Source: a virus. From it: 60,167 nucleotides of DNA. Both the position numbers and the translations under genes were made by a program. The notes under the pieces were generated by a model. It ran no database searches, was not told the DNA's origin, and saw only the letters and a list, made by a program, of their open reading frames with translations. Shown in pieces: positions 50,763 to 60,071 of this stretch (positions are counted from its first letter, which is position 1; the number at the start of each line of letters is the position of its first letter). Location: the IMG/VR virus record IMGVR_UViG_3300045227_000003; one strand, given 5' to 3'.

Positions 50763-51050
50763 TTAGACCTCTTCGTCCTGCACTGGCTTGGCGTTCTTTT
50801 CTGCCTTGCCGGGCTTACCCGCTGGCGCTGCTGCTTTGGCTTCGGCGTCTGCCTTTTCCTGAGCTTCTTTCTGCGCCTGCAGGTTTTCCACGTCCACTTC
50901 AATAATCGGGCGGGTCAGGGCTTCCGGGTTGATACCCATGATGTTGTCCAGTTCGTCCTGCTTGAAGTCGAAGATCTCACCGACTGCAGGGCGGATACGC
51001 TGACCGTCGCGGTACACGATTACTGTCTGGACTACTTTACGTTTTGGCAT
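50763..51050 (-). CDS. gpFI-position protein, 95 aa, with flexible A/E/K/P linker and DEEV tail
   Basis: The ATG at 51050 follows GAGGAT (ORF track starts at a TTG at 51065). Ends in KPVQDEEV. Confidence 0.6.
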   Translation of the reverse strand: MPKRKVVQTVIVYRDGQRIRPAVGEIFDFKQDELDNIMGINPEALTRPIIEVDVENLQAQKEAQEKADAEAKAAAPAGKPGKAEKNAKPVQDEEV

Positions 51051-51061
51051 AGTTCTTATCC

Positions 51062-51089
51062 TCAAAACCGAACCGCCCGGAGGGGGCGG
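51062..51089 (-). terminator. Intrinsic terminator/attenuator after the capsid gene
   Basis: Minus-strand reading is ccgccc-cctcc-gggcgg followed by ttcggtttt. Confidence 0.55.
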
Positions 51090-51112
51090 AGCGATGGATT
51101 ATTGTTGGGGGT

Positions 51113-52177
51113 TTAGGACATCACGGTCAGCAGGAATGACGCGTTCGGATCTGCTGGAACCATCAGCGGAGCACCTTGGGACATCAGGTATTCCACGCTT
51201 GGATCTTCTTCTTCCCACATTTTAGGGAAGTATTCAAGCGCCTGATAACCAGCAGACTTGTCGAGGATCGCGCCGAAGCAGCGGACGCCTTCGATAGCCT
51301 GTGAGATACCCATGACAGCTTTCTGCTTCATCAGGTATTGCTCTTGGTTCTTGTCGTCGCGGTACTTCTGAGTGTTCACCCAGATACGCATACGACCGGC
51401 ACCGTTGATGCCCACCAGCTCACCCATGTACTGCACGCCTTCAACGTCGTCCCACAGACGGGTAACGTTGGTCTCGGATCCACGGATGTTACTGTCCATC
51501 AGGCCGTCTTTGCCCCACAAGGCGTCGCCGCCAACTTTGACAAACTGATCCCAAGCGTCGCCGCCGAAGATGTAGTCACGGACTACGGTACCGGAGAGAG
51601 ACTTGTCGGACACCAGACGTTGACCGTCACGCAGGTCAGCAATCATGTCCATCAGGGTAACGCCACCAGCAGCCCAGTTGGTAGTCATGGTCAGCGCTGC
51701 GTCACGACCGAAGTCTACGCGCACCAATGGATAGTCCTGACCCTGCACGTCGACATAACCGTACTGAGCGGCCTGCGCGGCCATCCATTCCCATGTGTTT
51801 TCGTGCATGGCGCGATGCTTCTGCAGCAGGAACGCGATTACACGGTCACGTCGTTGGGCGATAGACAGGCTACCGGTACCCAGTGCTTCACCCGGTTGAC
51901 GCGGGACGAACATGTTAGGGTCGATAACGTGTTTCGGTTTCACGTACGCTGGCTTGAAGGTCTTGGTCGAATAACCTTCTTCCTTGATCACTCGGCCTTG
52001 AACGTTAGGCGCAACGAACGGGGCAACGCGGGTGATGTCTTGGATCACTTTGTCGAAGGCAATCATGTCTTCTTCGAAGGCGATCTGGCGCGGGAACCAC
52101 TGCAGGAAGAACGCAGGCAAGGCTTTTAACTTGCGCTGTACCGCCAGCAGTTGATAGGTAGTATACAGTCCAGCCAT
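51113..52177 (-). CDS. Major capsid protein, lambda gpE family
   Basis: From the ATG at 52177, which follows TAAGGAGCAGCATAAA. MAGLYTTYQLL, KPAYVKPKH and APLMVPADPN parallel lambda gpE (YTTAQLL, PGYVKPKH, APLMLLADPD). Confidence 0.9.
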   Translation of the reverse strand: MAGLYTTYQLLAVQRKLKALPAFFLQWFPRQIAFEEDMIAFDKVIQDITRVAPFVAPNVQGRVIKEEGYSTKTFKPAYVKPKHVIDPNMFVPRQPGEALGTGSLSIAQRRDRVIAFLLQKHRAMHENTWEWMAAQAAQYGYVDVQGQDYPLVRVDFGRDAALTMTTNWAAGGVTLMDMIADLRDGQRLVSDKSLSGTVVRDYIFGGDAWDQFVKVGGDALWGKDGLMDSNIRGSETNVTRLWDDVEGVQYMGELVGINGAGRMRIWVNTQKYRDDKNQEQYLMKQKAVMGISQAIEGVRCFGAILDKSAGYQALEYFPKMWEEEDPSVEYLMSQGAPLMVPADPNASFLLTVMS

Positions 52178-52190
52178 TTTATGCTGCTCC

Positions 52191-52610
52191 TTAGTACAGG
52201 TTGCCGATGTGGATGTTGGTGCGGTCAAATACAGCTTGACGCTTCACCAAAGTATCCAACGAGGAATGCCACGTCAGCGCAGCACCGTTAAACACGCCGC
52301 CGATGTAGTACGGGACGTTCTGGCCGTTCTTCGCAGGCTGTGCCGCGATACCGATAGCCACGGACTGCGGAGCGGGTACGATATCTTCCCCGGTGCCAGT
52401 CGTTGCGGTCGGATCATGCGGAACCATTGCACCGGCTGCGTTCTTCGCGATCACCTGATAGATAGTGATGTCAGCGGCACAGACGCCACCTTCGGTCACG
52501 ATGTCAGATTCACCCGCGAAGATCTGGGTCGGTTCCCAAGTCCCGAGGTCGCCGTTACCGGCAAGGTAGTTCGGCAGGCTAGTAGCCGCCATCAGAAGTG
52601 CTAATGACAT
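52191..52610 (-). CDS. Head decoration protein, lambda gpD-like, 139 aa
   Basis: Position between protease/scaffold and capsid, size, and gpD-like sequence character. Confidence 0.6.
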   Translation of the reverse strand: MSLALLMAATSLPNYLAGNGDLGTWEPTQIFAGESDIVTEGGVCAADITIYQVIAKNAAGAMVPHDPTATTGTGEDIVPAPQSVAIGIAAQPAKNGQNVPYYIGGVFNGAALTWHSSLDTLVKRQAVFDRTNIHIGNLY

Positions 52611-52625
52611 GTCAGTGTCCTCTCA

Positions 52626-53939
52626 TTAAGCCCATTGTTCGCCAGCTACAGACTTAGCAGCAGCCATCAGCCCGGCAGTTTCTTTATCTTCCTGCGTGCC
52701 TTCCTGACCAGCGTCGGCACCTGCATTCGGATGTTGTGCGTTAGCCATTACGTTATCGAAAGGACTATCGCCTTTGGCTGCTGCAGGGTTCGCTGGCGCA
52801 GCAGGTGCGGCAGGTGCGGCGGCCGATTTTTCTTCGGCGGATACAACCAACATGTCGCCAGCTTCGGCAACGGTCATGGAGGTTTTGAAAGCCAAATGCG
52901 ACGCCAGATTAGGGCGGTTCGCGGCGGCTTCGCAGCCCATGATCCCGGCGATGCGGGTACGTTCTGCGGTGGTCGCTTGCGCTGCTGCTTCTTGGCGCGC
53001 GGCGTCCATTTCTTCTTGAGTAAAGCTCATGGCATTTGCTCCTGATTGTTCTGAGCCGTCGGAAGGCCCGTTTAGAAATTCTGCTACGGCCTGCATCGGG
53101 GTCGTAACTGCGTCGATTAGCCCGATTGCCTTCGCGTCCTGAGCGTTATAGCACATTGCCTCGGTGTCGCGCACTACCTTCGGATCTAAATTCCTGTTTT
53201 GGGCCACCAGATTAACGAAATCTGTACGCATACTATCGACGCTTGCCTGATAGTTTGCCCGGACTTCATCTGACAGTTCCTCGTAGGGGTTGCCATCGGC
53301 TTTGTGTGCGCCTGACTTGATGATGCTGACCTTGATGCCGATGTCTTCCAGCATTTTCGACATGTCGACGTGCATGGAAATCACACCAATGCTGCCAGCA
53401 CCACCCGACGGGATGACCGTCATCTTGTCTGCCGCACTACCGATGGCATACGCAGCAGAATAGCAATTAGAATCGATTACCGCCAGCGAAGGTTTCACGC
53501 CGCGTGTGTCGAACATTTCTTGCGCCAGTTCAAAACAGCCTGCGGCCTCGCCACCGTTCGAGTTGATGTCGTAAATAATCCCCTCGACATCCGGGTCAGT
53601 CAGGGCCGCATTACGTTGGCTGCGAATGAAGTTGTAACCGGTAACGTAGCCGTAGTAGTACCCGCCGTAACGGTTGATAAGCGTGCCGTGTACCGGGATG
53701 ATTGCTAGGCCGTTGGAGAACGCAAACGGCTTACCTTGGCCCGGCTGGCCGATGCCATATGCTGCGCACAGGTTCTCGCGCATCTGCTGCTCTGCGCGTT
53801 CCTGATAGTCGTCATCTTCGCACATCATCATTTGCTGCAGGTTCGACATCATGGTGGTGTCGTTGTCACGTACGGCGATGGCGTTACCGTTCATGCGATT
53901 GAGCGCCATCATGACGCTTGCTCTTACCTGATCATTCAT
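52626..53939 (-). CDS. S49 (SppA/ClpP-fold) head maturation protease with scaffold-like C-terminal region, lambda gpC-like
   Basis: IPVHGTLINR...DINSNGGEAAG...NCYSAAYAIGSAADK...GGAGSIGV fits the S49 peptidase signature. The C-terminal part is Ala-rich. Confidence 0.8.
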   Translation of the reverse strand: MNDQVRASVMMALNRMNGNAIAVRDNDTTMMSNLQQMMMCEDDDYQERAEQQMRENLCAAYGIGQPGQGKPFAFSNGLAIIPVHGTLINRYGGYYYGYVTGYNFIRSQRNAALTDPDVEGIIYDINSNGGEAAGCFELAQEMFDTRGVKPSLAVIDSNCYSAAYAIGSAADKMTVIPSGGAGSIGVISMHVDMSKMLEDIGIKVSIIKSGAHKADGNPYEELSDEVRANYQASVDSMRTDFVNLVAQNRNLDPKVVRDTEAMCYNAQDAKAIGLIDAVTTPMQAVAEFLNGPSDGSEQSGANAMSFTQEEMDAARQEAAAQATTAERTRIAGIMGCEAAANRPNLASHLAFKTSMTVAEAGDMLVVSAEEKSAAAPAAPAAPANPAAAKGDSPFDNVMANAQHPNAGADAGQEGTQEDKETAGLMAAAKSVAGEQWA

Positions 53940-55620
53940 TTGGTTGATCCTCTTTGTCCGTTGGTTCAGACCCGCCGCCTGTGCTGCTCGTCTGGGTTTC
54001 GGTGCCTTCGACTACCTTGCCGCTAAAGTCGAGACCGAGTTTTTTAATCACACCCTCTTCGCGAGCGCGCTGTTTGAACACTTCGCGGAAGTCGCCACCA
54101 AGGCGGGCAATTTCTGCCTCGTACGTTGACAGGCCATTCTTGATGCGAAGGATTGCCGCTTCGGTTTCTTTCTTCTCGTCAATCTGGCCGCGACTTGCGC
54201 CGATCCACTCTGAGTTGCAAAGGGCATCGCGCTTCATCGGGTCGTAGAAATCACGCCAAGTCATGCCCGGCGGTAACGGAACATTACCAGCGTTGATTTC
54301 TTCTTCCAACCACAATGTATAAATCATTGAGGCCATCTTGTCGGCCACCAGCTTTTTACGGCTCTCCATGTACTTCCACGTTTCGGCCATTGACGCACGC
54401 GCGGACGAGTAGTTTGTCTTCGTGTAGTCGCGGCTGAATTGCTCGTAGGACAGGCCGAGTGACGCGGCGATGTTGCGAAGCAGTGATTCCTCATAGTCGG
54501 TGCCCACGCCACCCGGTGTTCCGGCAGGCTGCATTTTCAGCTTAGTGCCGGGGAACAGGTGCGGGATCTTGGCACCGTCGATTGAGATATTTTTCGACCC
54601 GGCCAGATACTCGGCCAGACTGCTCATGTAGCCGTTTAGGATGTCGCCGAAAGGTTTCTGGCCCATGCCCAACTGACCGAAGACAACCTCGGACGGCAGC
54701 TCGGACTCAATGGCCGCCGCGTAGGTCGCATTGACGATGGCGTTCTGCAGCGTGATCTCTTGGAAATTCCGAGTCATCTTCATCTGCTTGAGCGCCGAGA
54801 CCATTTCGCTGATACCGCGAGTCTGGCCCGGGAGCAATGCTTCGAGAACGTGGATCACGCGACGGCGGCCCCAATCGAAGCGCGCAGGCTCGTATTTCCA
54901 CGACCAGTTATCGAGGTCGGTAGGATCGCCCGGGAATGCCTTACGGATGTGGTACCCGATAGGCGCGCCGTTCTGGTCAAGCGCTACCCCAGATCGAAGC
55001 GTAGGCGTGTCCATCACGTTGTTCGGGTTGGACAGGCGGAACGGGCTGATCATCTGAATGGCCGTGCCGAATGGCCGGTTTTGCATCATCGTGCGCCCGG
55101 GGTTCTTCAACCACTCACAGGTAGCGAGGATCTCCCCGGTCATCACGAAGCCGCCGACGCCGAGGCGGATAAGCCCGGTGAAGGTGTTCATGCGTCGCGC
55201 GTCAAACCAGTTCTCCGGCGACTCGGACACCATGTTGAATCTGGCCTCCACAACCTCTTGGAAGTCTTCTGCCCAACCTTCCGGCGCGCCAAGAACAAGG
55301 GCGTTTGGCTTGGCGTTCAGCTTGTACTGCGAGCCGACCACCGAGTCCTTGTGCATTGCCACGGCACCGGCTGCGTAGCCGTCGTTCTGCACCATGTCCT
55401 GTGCCCGGGCAGACGCCATCGTTTGGTCTTGGGAAATCTGCTGATCCGGGGAAATGATAGCCGGGTTCCAGCGGAACAGTTCTCGCGTGTTTCTGTCAGC
55501 GCCTTCCATGCCGCCGCCGAAGGCTTGGCCCTCGACTGGCGTTGCATCGGCTACCGGGGCGATCTCGGTTTTCTTCGCCCGAGGTGCGCGTGGTTTCTGT
55601 TGCTTCGGTGTCTGGTTCAT
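53932..55620 (-). CDS. Portal protein, lambda gpB family
   Basis: 562 aa lying between gpW and the protease. Confidence 0.8.
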   Translation of the reverse strand: MNQTPKQQKPRAPRAKKTEIAPVADATPVEGQAFGGGMEGADRNTRELFRWNPAIISPDQQISQDQTMASARAQDMVQNDGYAAGAVAMHKDSVVGSQYKLNAKPNALVLGAPEGWAEDFQEVVEARFNMVSESPENWFDARRMNTFTGLIRLGVGGFVMTGEILATCEWLKNPGRTMMQNRPFGTAIQMISPFRLSNPNNVMDTPTLRSGVALDQNGAPIGYHIRKAFPGDPTDLDNWSWKYEPARFDWGRRRVIHVLEALLPGQTRGISEMVSALKQMKMTRNFQEITLQNAIVNATYAAAIESELPSEVVFGQLGMGQKPFGDILNGYMSSLAEYLAGSKNISIDGAKIPHLFPGTKLKMQPAGTPGGVGTDYEESLLRNIAASLGLSYEQFSRDYTKTNYSSARASMAETWKYMESRKKLVADKMASMIYTLWLEEEINAGNVPLPPGMTWRDFYDPMKRDALCNSEWIGASRGQIDEKKETEAAILRIKNGLSTYEAEIARLGGDFREVFKQRAREEGVIKKLGLDFSGKVVEGTETQTSSTGGGSEPTDKEDQPNE

Positions 55621-55871
55621 CAGTATAGGAATCCAGCAGGCCCGCTTGGTACGCCCATGAAGGCGTTGCAGGGATTGTCAGAATTAAGCGCGTTCTGCAA
55701 TCGCACAATGTAGGCCCACAAGTTTTGTTTGTTGGCCGCCGTGTACTCGACGCGCTCGCTATTTTGGTCGACGACAACGCGGACTGACCCGCCCGTCATC
55801 AAGGCATGATAGGCTTTTAATGCCTCGTCGAGCAATTTCTGGTACATCACCCGGCATTCATCTGGGGTCAT
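55620..55871 (-). CDS. Head-tail connector, lambda gpW-like, 83 aa
   Basis: ALMTGGSVRVVVDQNSERVEYTAANKQNLWAYI parallels gpW ([32 protein letters not shown]). Confidence 0.75.
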   Translation of the reverse strand: MTPDECRVMYQKLLDEALKAYHALMTGGSVRVVVDQNSERVEYTAANKQNLWAYIVRLQNALNSDNPCNAFMGVPSGPAGFLY

Positions 55872-55884
55872 TTGGTCTCTCCTG

Positions 55885-57978
55885 TCAGGCTAGTAGTGCC
55901 GCTAAGTCTTTAAAACTGTATTCGCTATCCGAAGACTGTTCAAACTTTTTGTCCTCTTCGGGCTTGCGGATCATGAAGTTGGTCTCCCAACCGGCGGCCC
56001 AGCCCGGAGGGTTCTCCCAATCAAGCTGCTCGACTGCGAGAACACGCCCGCTGACGCACATGCCAAGCACATAGTAACTCAAGTCCCACGTTTCGTTTCG
56101 GGAGTTATTCGGGTTTTCCCAACCTTTGTCGGTTCTGATCTCCACGCACAGCTCCGAAAACACGTAGTCCGCTGACCAGTCGCCGATATGATACATGCCT
56201 TTGCCCGGCTCCATTACGTCCAGTCGACCGTTCAGGGTGTCTTTCATCACGTTGGAGTTAATCATCAGTACCGGAACGTCGCCCCGGGCGATGGCTTTCT
56301 TATCCTTCTGGTTGGAGTCAGGAAGCGCTATACGCGTACGTGGGTTGTTTACCCTATGGTCGCCCTTGACTAAGCAGAAACGTTGGTTGTGGCCCTCGTT
56401 ACGCAGCTTCCTGTAATACTCATACGCGTTACCTGTAACCCCTGCCTCCCCGCCGGAGTCACACCCGGTCATTTTGATAGGCATCATTCGGCCCGATCCA
56501 TCGGCCAACGGGTACTCTTTGTCCATCACCAGTTCTTTGATTAGATCCCAGTCTTCCAGATACGCCGCCGGGTTGAGGATCAGCGGGTCGCCGTCAACGT
56601 CGAGGCGTTTGGACTTCGCGATGTTGAAGCGGTCGACGACAAACGTGTCAAACGGGTAGCCCGGGCCAATGCCCATGACCAACACCTCGAAGCGGTTTTT
56701 CTGCACGTCGACGGTCGCTACCAAGAAGTGCGCACCGTCCGGCACGGTCTGTTCCGGCCATGCCTCTGCGCGGGATTTCAGCAGCTCCGGCACGCGCATA
56801 GACTCGACTGATTTCGGGCGGTACGGCTCGCCCATGTCGTTGTTCCAGAATTTCTTCAAGGACTCTTCGGACAGGGTGCGCTCGTAGTCGTCGGACGCGT
56901 CCAGATAGTTGAGCACCAGTTTCTGCCATGTGATGAATGCCGCCGCTGTACCGCGCAGCCAGAAGGAGGCGAATGACGAGCGAGGCTTCTCACCGACGAG
57001 CTGGCCCACCTCGTTGATGCGGCAACCTTCCGGCACCCACATACCCCAGATATTCATTTCGTACTTATCAACCGGCGCGATCTCGCTGCCACAATGCGGG
57101 CAGGCCATCCGGGTAGTCTCGGACTTTTCGAGGTTCGATAGCGGCGCGCCATCTTTGCCCTTGGTGTCCCAGCGAAGCAGGTCAAACGTGCCTTCGAAAT
57201 ACTGATCGCAGTGCGGGCACGGCCAATGCCAGCGGCGACGGTCGCCACGGTTATACAGGCCGATGATCCCTTCGCATGGCGGGGCTTCGTGAGGGGAGCG
57301 CTTGATCCAGCTCGGGTCGATAATCGGGCGGGATGGCGATGACTCGGCGATGCACATGGCAAACGAGCCAAAGGTGGTCGTACGTTTCGAGGCGAGGTCG
57401 AAGGCATTACCGTCCCCGCCGATGTCGTCGTCGATACGGTCGTAGTCCGTGATGATGATGCGGCCAACCGGTCGCCCGGCCAGTTCGGTTACGGACGGGT
57501 AACTCAACGTCAGGATGATGCCGGTGATGTAGTGCTTGTCAAACTTGTTGTCGGCGTCGCGGTTCTTCATCAGCATTTTGCCGATTTCCGGGCTGTGCCG
57601 GTGAAGACGGTCTACACGTCGCATTGAGAAGTCGCGGGCGGCTGTGCTGGTGGGGCAAAAGATCATCGTGTCCATCGGGTCGACGCGGACAGAGTAGGCA
57701 ATGCCGTTCAGGATCAGGGCATCCGTTTTACCTGTCTGCGCCGGGCCGACAAACGCCATCTTGTCGTACTCCCGGCTGTTAAGCATGTTCATCGGGTCGA
57801 CCATGTACGGCGTCGTGATGTTCATCCACGGCCCGACATACGCGCCGGGCTGATTGACGTAGCGGTACTTGCTCGCAGCCTCGGCCACGGTCATTCGCAT
57901 CGGCGGCTTTAGCTGCTCCGCCACTGAGCAAATGATTTGAGCGATGCTATCAAACTTCATCGTCGCCCACCTTGTCAT
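55885..57978 (-). CDS. Terminase large subunit, lambda gpA family
   Basis: Walker A VGPAQTGKT. The probable true start is the ATG at 57960 (MKFDSIAQ), 6 nt after GGTGG, which overlaps the last codons of TerS. Confidence 0.9.
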   Translation of the reverse strand: MTRWATMKFDSIAQIICSVAEQLKPPMRMTVAEAASKYRYVNQPGAYVGPWMNITTPYMVDPMNMLNSREYDKMAFVGPAQTGKTDALILNGIAYSVRVDPMDTMIFCPTSTAARDFSMRRVDRLHRHSPEIGKMLMKNRDADNKFDKHYITGIILTLSYPSVTELAGRPVGRIIITDYDRIDDDIGGDGNAFDLASKRTTTFGSFAMCIAESSPSRPIIDPSWIKRSPHEAPPCEGIIGLYNRGDRRRWHWPCPHCDQYFEGTFDLLRWDTKGKDGAPLSNLEKSETTRMACPHCGSEIAPVDKYEMNIWGMWVPEGCRINEVGQLVGEKPRSSFASFWLRGTAAAFITWQKLVLNYLDASDDYERTLSEESLKKFWNNDMGEPYRPKSVESMRVPELLKSRAEAWPEQTVPDGAHFLVATVDVQKNRFEVLVMGIGPGYPFDTFVVDRFNIAKSKRLDVDGDPLILNPAAYLEDWDLIKELVMDKEYPLADGSGRMMPIKMTGCDSGGEAGVTGNAYEYYRKLRNEGHNQRFCLVKGDHRVNNPRTRIALPDSNQKDKKAIARGDVPVLMINSNVMKDTLNGRLDVMEPGKGMYHIGDWSADYVFSELCVEIRTDKGWENPNNSRNETWDLSYYVLGMCVSGRVLAVEQLDWENPPGWAAGWETNFMIRKPEEDKKFEQSSDSEYSFKDLAALLA

Positions 57979-58525
57979 CCTTCTTAAACTTGTCGATCAG
58001 CGCCACGGCCAAGTCGTTCAGCATTCCATCCACCGACGACTGCACCACGTTGCGCTGCGCTTCGGTCAGACCTGCTTGGCGGGCCAGCGTATCGGGGATA
58101 AGCAGCATGGACATGCGAAGCAGTTTTACCGCCTCGCCGAAATGCTCGACCACCTGCTCGGTCTCCCACAAATTACCGGCCTTGATGTCGAAGTCCTGCT
58201 TGGCGCGCTGCCCGGCCCAAAACTCTTTTGACAGCTCCTTGGGCAGATCCTTGAAATTCATGCGACGCAGGTAGGTCTCCACGTCATACAACGGCTTGAT
58301 CAGGTACGGGGCCACCTCATGCACCGCGTAGATCGGATACCCGCCGCGCTCTCCGATTGGCGGGACATCCATGATTTTAGGGGTGACGTCACGACGCTCC
58401 ATGCGAAACAGCTTCGCGATCTGCGTGATGTTGCACCCCTGAAAGATCATCGCCTCGGTATCAGCGTCCGGGGCGTTAGACCGGCGTTTGCCGGTCGCTA
58501 CTTCTGGTCTAGTCGTCTTCGTCAT
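57950..58525 (-). CDS. Terminase small subunit candidate, 191 aa, with DDEV tail
   Basis: Lies immediately upstream of TerL and overlaps it. It has an HTH-like segment, CNITQIAKLFRMERRDV, and ends in KVGDDEV. Confidence 0.6.
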   Translation of the reverse strand: MTKTTRPEVATGKRRSNAPDADTEAMIFQGCNITQIAKLFRMERRDVTPKIMDVPPIGERGGYPIYAVHEVAPYLIKPLYDVETYLRRMNFKDLPKELSKEFWAGQRAKQDFDIKAGNLWETEQVVEHFGEAVKLLRMSMLLIPDTLARQAGLTEAQRNVVQSSVDGMLNDLAVALIDKFKKDDKVGDDEV

Positions 58526-60071
58526 CCCATATCACCGTTTTCTTAGATTTACGTCGCCGGGCCACGCGGCCCTTAATTCGTTCGAGTAGCGCAAAGAACT
58601 CTTCTTGCACATCGCGCTTTTCTATCAGCGCTTCGATTACCGTTTCGTCGACTGTTGGTACCACATTGCCGTTTGGCGTTACCAGTTCGGTCTTCATCTG
58701 GTAGACCGTCACCGGGAATAGCTGCCCTTGGCGGTGGAGTCGTCCGTTAAACTGCTGGAACCTTTCGAGCGACCACGGATTGTCGACGTATACAATGACG
58801 TGGCCCCCGCGCTGCAAGTTTAGTCCGTGCCCGGCAGACTGCGGGTGGGCGGCCAGCAGGCGGATCTTACCGGCGTTCCACTTCTTGATGCACTTGCCTT
58901 CATCGTCCATGACCACCAAGTCCTTGAACCTCTCTTGCAGGCGCGCGAGGGTGGGCTTGAAGTGGTAGGCGATCAGCACGTTCTTGCCTTCGAGCGTGGT
59001 TTCCAGCAGTTCTTCCAGTGCATCGAATTTCAGGTCATGCAGCCGGTACATGTCCTTCTGCTTAATAACCTTGTCGTCTTCCGTGATCCCGACGATTTTG
59101 GTGTCGTAGATGAACCCGGAGGACATCTGCAGCAGTTTGGATTGAAGGCTGGCCGCCTGCTCCGCCTCGATAGCAATCGGGTCATCCAGATACTCGTCGA
59201 AATCCGGCGGCAGCATTTCGATGACCGACTCTTCTTCCATCTGCCGGTACAGCTCCGAAGTCCGCTCGTCGAGCCTTACCGGGACGGGCACAAAATGTAA
59301 TTCGTGCATGTCGAGGTAGTCTTCGGCTTTCATGACTAAACATATATCAGAAATCTTCCGGGTAATCTCTTTTTCCGCACCATCGCGCAGTTTCCACTTG
59401 AAGTTGTAGCGGTTCTGCGTGAAGTAGTTCTCCTGATACTTCGTGATGGCCGAGCCGAAGCGTTTGCCCTCGTCGATCAGGTAGATTTGCGAGAAGATGC
59501 CCATGTAGCCCTCTGCCGCCGGGGTGGCCGTCAGCTCGACAAAACGCTTCATGTACTTGCGCACCCGGCGCAGCAGTTTGAAGCGCTGCGACGTATGAGA
59601 CTTGAACATGCTGGACTCGTCAAGGATCACCATGTCAAACGGCCATTTGGTCTTGAAGTGCTCCACCAGCCAAGCGATGTTGTCCACGCTGACCGTGTAG
59701 AAATGGCAGTCCGTATGGGCCGCTATGGTGCGCTCTTTGGCGTTACCGGCGATGACCGACATCTTGTAGAAGCACAGGTGGCCCCACTCTTCGAACTCCG
59801 TCGGCCAGCCCACCCGGGCAACGCGCTTCGGCCCGATAACCAGCACTTTGTTGATCTCGCCATCCACGATTAAATCCAGCGCAGCGGTGCCGGACATAAC
59901 CGACTTGCCCAAGCCCAAGTCCACGAACAGGGCGCAGGCCGGGTTGTCCTTGATAAACTGGACGCCCGTTTCTTGGTAGCCGTGCATGTCGCCGCGTTCC
60001 AGTCGAACGTTGCGGCGCATGTACGCGAATGCCTTACTCAAAGGCGATAATGTAGTTCTTAAAGTCTGCAA
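58509..60071 (-). CDS. SNF2-family (SF2) helicase
   Basis: Motif I DLGLGKS, motif II ILDESSMFKS and motif VI GRLHRQGQ. The start is more likely the ATG at 60020 (MRRNVRL), just after the VRR-NUC stop. Ends in IWDDEDD. Confidence 0.85.
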   Translation of the reverse strand: MQTLRTTLSPLSKAFAYMRRNVRLERGDMHGYQETGVQFIKDNPACALFVDLGLGKSVMSGTAALDLIVDGEINKVLVIGPKRVARVGWPTEFEEWGHLCFYKMSVIAGNAKERTIAAHTDCHFYTVSVDNIAWLVEHFKTKWPFDMVILDESSMFKSHTSQRFKLLRRVRKYMKRFVELTATPAAEGYMGIFSQIYLIDEGKRFGSAITKYQENYFTQNRYNFKWKLRDGAEKEITRKISDICLVMKAEDYLDMHELHFVPVPVRLDERTSELYRQMEEESVIEMLPPDFDEYLDDPIAIEAEQAASLQSKLLQMSSGFIYDTKIVGITEDDKVIKQKDMYRLHDLKFDALEELLETTLEGKNVLIAYHFKPTLARLQERFKDLVVMDDEGKCIKKWNAGKIRLLAAHPQSAGHGLNLQRGGHVIVYVDNPWSLERFQQFNGRLHRQGQLFPVTVYQMKTELVTPNGNVVPTVDETVIEALIEKRDVQEEFFALLERIKGRVARRRKSKKTVIWDDEDD

